DNA of 64,000 nucleotides from the NCBI RefSeq assembly GCF_006345805.1, contig NC_043016.1, forward strand, positions 5,642,001 through 5,706,000, given 5' to 3'. The position numbers and the translations under genes were made by a program. The notes under the pieces are model-generated. The model searched no databases. It was not told the DNA's origin and worked only from the letters and a program-made list of their open reading frames with translations. Shown here piece after piece: positions 63,186-64,000 of the stretch. Numbering within the stretch: the stretch's first letter is position 1; every line of letters begins with the position of its first letter. The DNA is from Octopus sinensis (taxonomy: Eukaryota).

Positions 63186-63869
63186 GAGAACAAAAGTTTC
63201 AGCACCCCCGATACTCCCAGCCCACTCATCACCCTTGCTGAATCTAATTCCCCAGGTTCCAGACAAATCTCTGTACCCAATCCTTCCTTTGTGGAACAAT
63301 GGTCCTCTGAAATTCCCTCTTTGTTCATTTCTCTATCAAAGACGTTGACTTAGAAAGGCTGTGGGCACCGCCCCTTATTCCAGACCCAGCAAGTAAGAAA
63401 GAAAAACAAAATCAAACAAAGAAACAGGGTTGACAATTACAGTGATCAAACATTAAAAAACAACCTGCTATTGATGTGTAAACCCCAGATCAATCCAACT
63501 TGAGTAAATTCATGGAAAAAAAGATACTTGTTCCAGTTGTGCCCACCCCATCTTTTATTCAGACATACATTGTACAATGTATAATTTAGAAGTAACAGCT
63601 GGTGTTGCTGTTTAGCCCCAGGTTAATTTGATCCAACAGACTTGTAATCAAAACCATTCCTGTAACCATTTAAGTCTTTCTCTATACCAGGGGCTATACT
63701 GTTCAAAGTGCATTTTCTTCAGATGGTTGATTGTAATTTGAGAGAAATTGCCTGCTATTTCTAACAAGTCATTCCTCCTTTGGCTTTGAAAGGAACCAGA
63801 AAACAGGATCTGTACCTGTTGTCTGTAGCTCAACCACCACTACCACCGCTGCTGCCGCCACCACCACCA

Positions 63870-64000
63870 CCATCATCATCGTTTAGCATCCGCTTTCCAT
63901 GCTAGCATGGGTTGGATGGTTCGACCGGGGTCTGGGAAACCAGGAGGCTGCACCAGGCCCAGTCTGATCTGGCAATGTTTCTACAGCTGGATGCCCTTCC
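63870..64000 (-). mobile_element. SINE family C, cut by window end
   Basis: CATCATCATCGTTTAGCATCCGCTTTCCATGCTAGCATGGG...GGATGCCCTTCC. Confidence 0.9.

Noticed and set aside
60536-64000. Next upstream neurobeachin exon (SGSRDAT/LWYW region)
   Set aside because: No matching reading frame found by eye; it probably lies beyond the window.

Overview
This is AT-rich, repeat-dominated animal genomic DNA with a 100-N assembly gap at 8794-8893. The SINE families, long microsatellites and overall style suggest a cephalopod, probably Octopus; that assignment is inference. The only host gene I can support is the 3' end of a neurobeachin/LRBA (BEACH-WD40) gene on the minus strand, seen as four coding exons: 60431-60535, 57098-57294, 53694-53845 and a last exon starting at 51777. 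A long TE-poor tract (about 45100-51690) follows and may be its 3' UTR. The rest is decayed mobile DNA: Tx1/L1, RTE and CR1 LINEs, two Penelope-like elements, a Ty3/Gypsy remnant, Tc1, mariner, DD37D-like and Chapaev-like transposons, Helitron-type and TTAA-type non-autonomous elements, four SINE families, and mini/microsatellites. I found no CRISPR array, rRNA or bona fide tRNA, and no well-supported new multi-gene system. The most notable observations are a one-base frame conflict at the last neurobeachin exon, an 8-bp-TSD element present as both a monomer and a telomere-repeat-bearing foldback dimer, an inverted Penelope structure forming a long hairpin in a neurobeachin intron, two decayed hammerhead-ribozyme scaffolds, and a minisatellite born inside a Gypsy coding sequence. 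All coordinates and alignments were read by eye; repeat boundaries are approximate unless a TSD or splice site is quoted.
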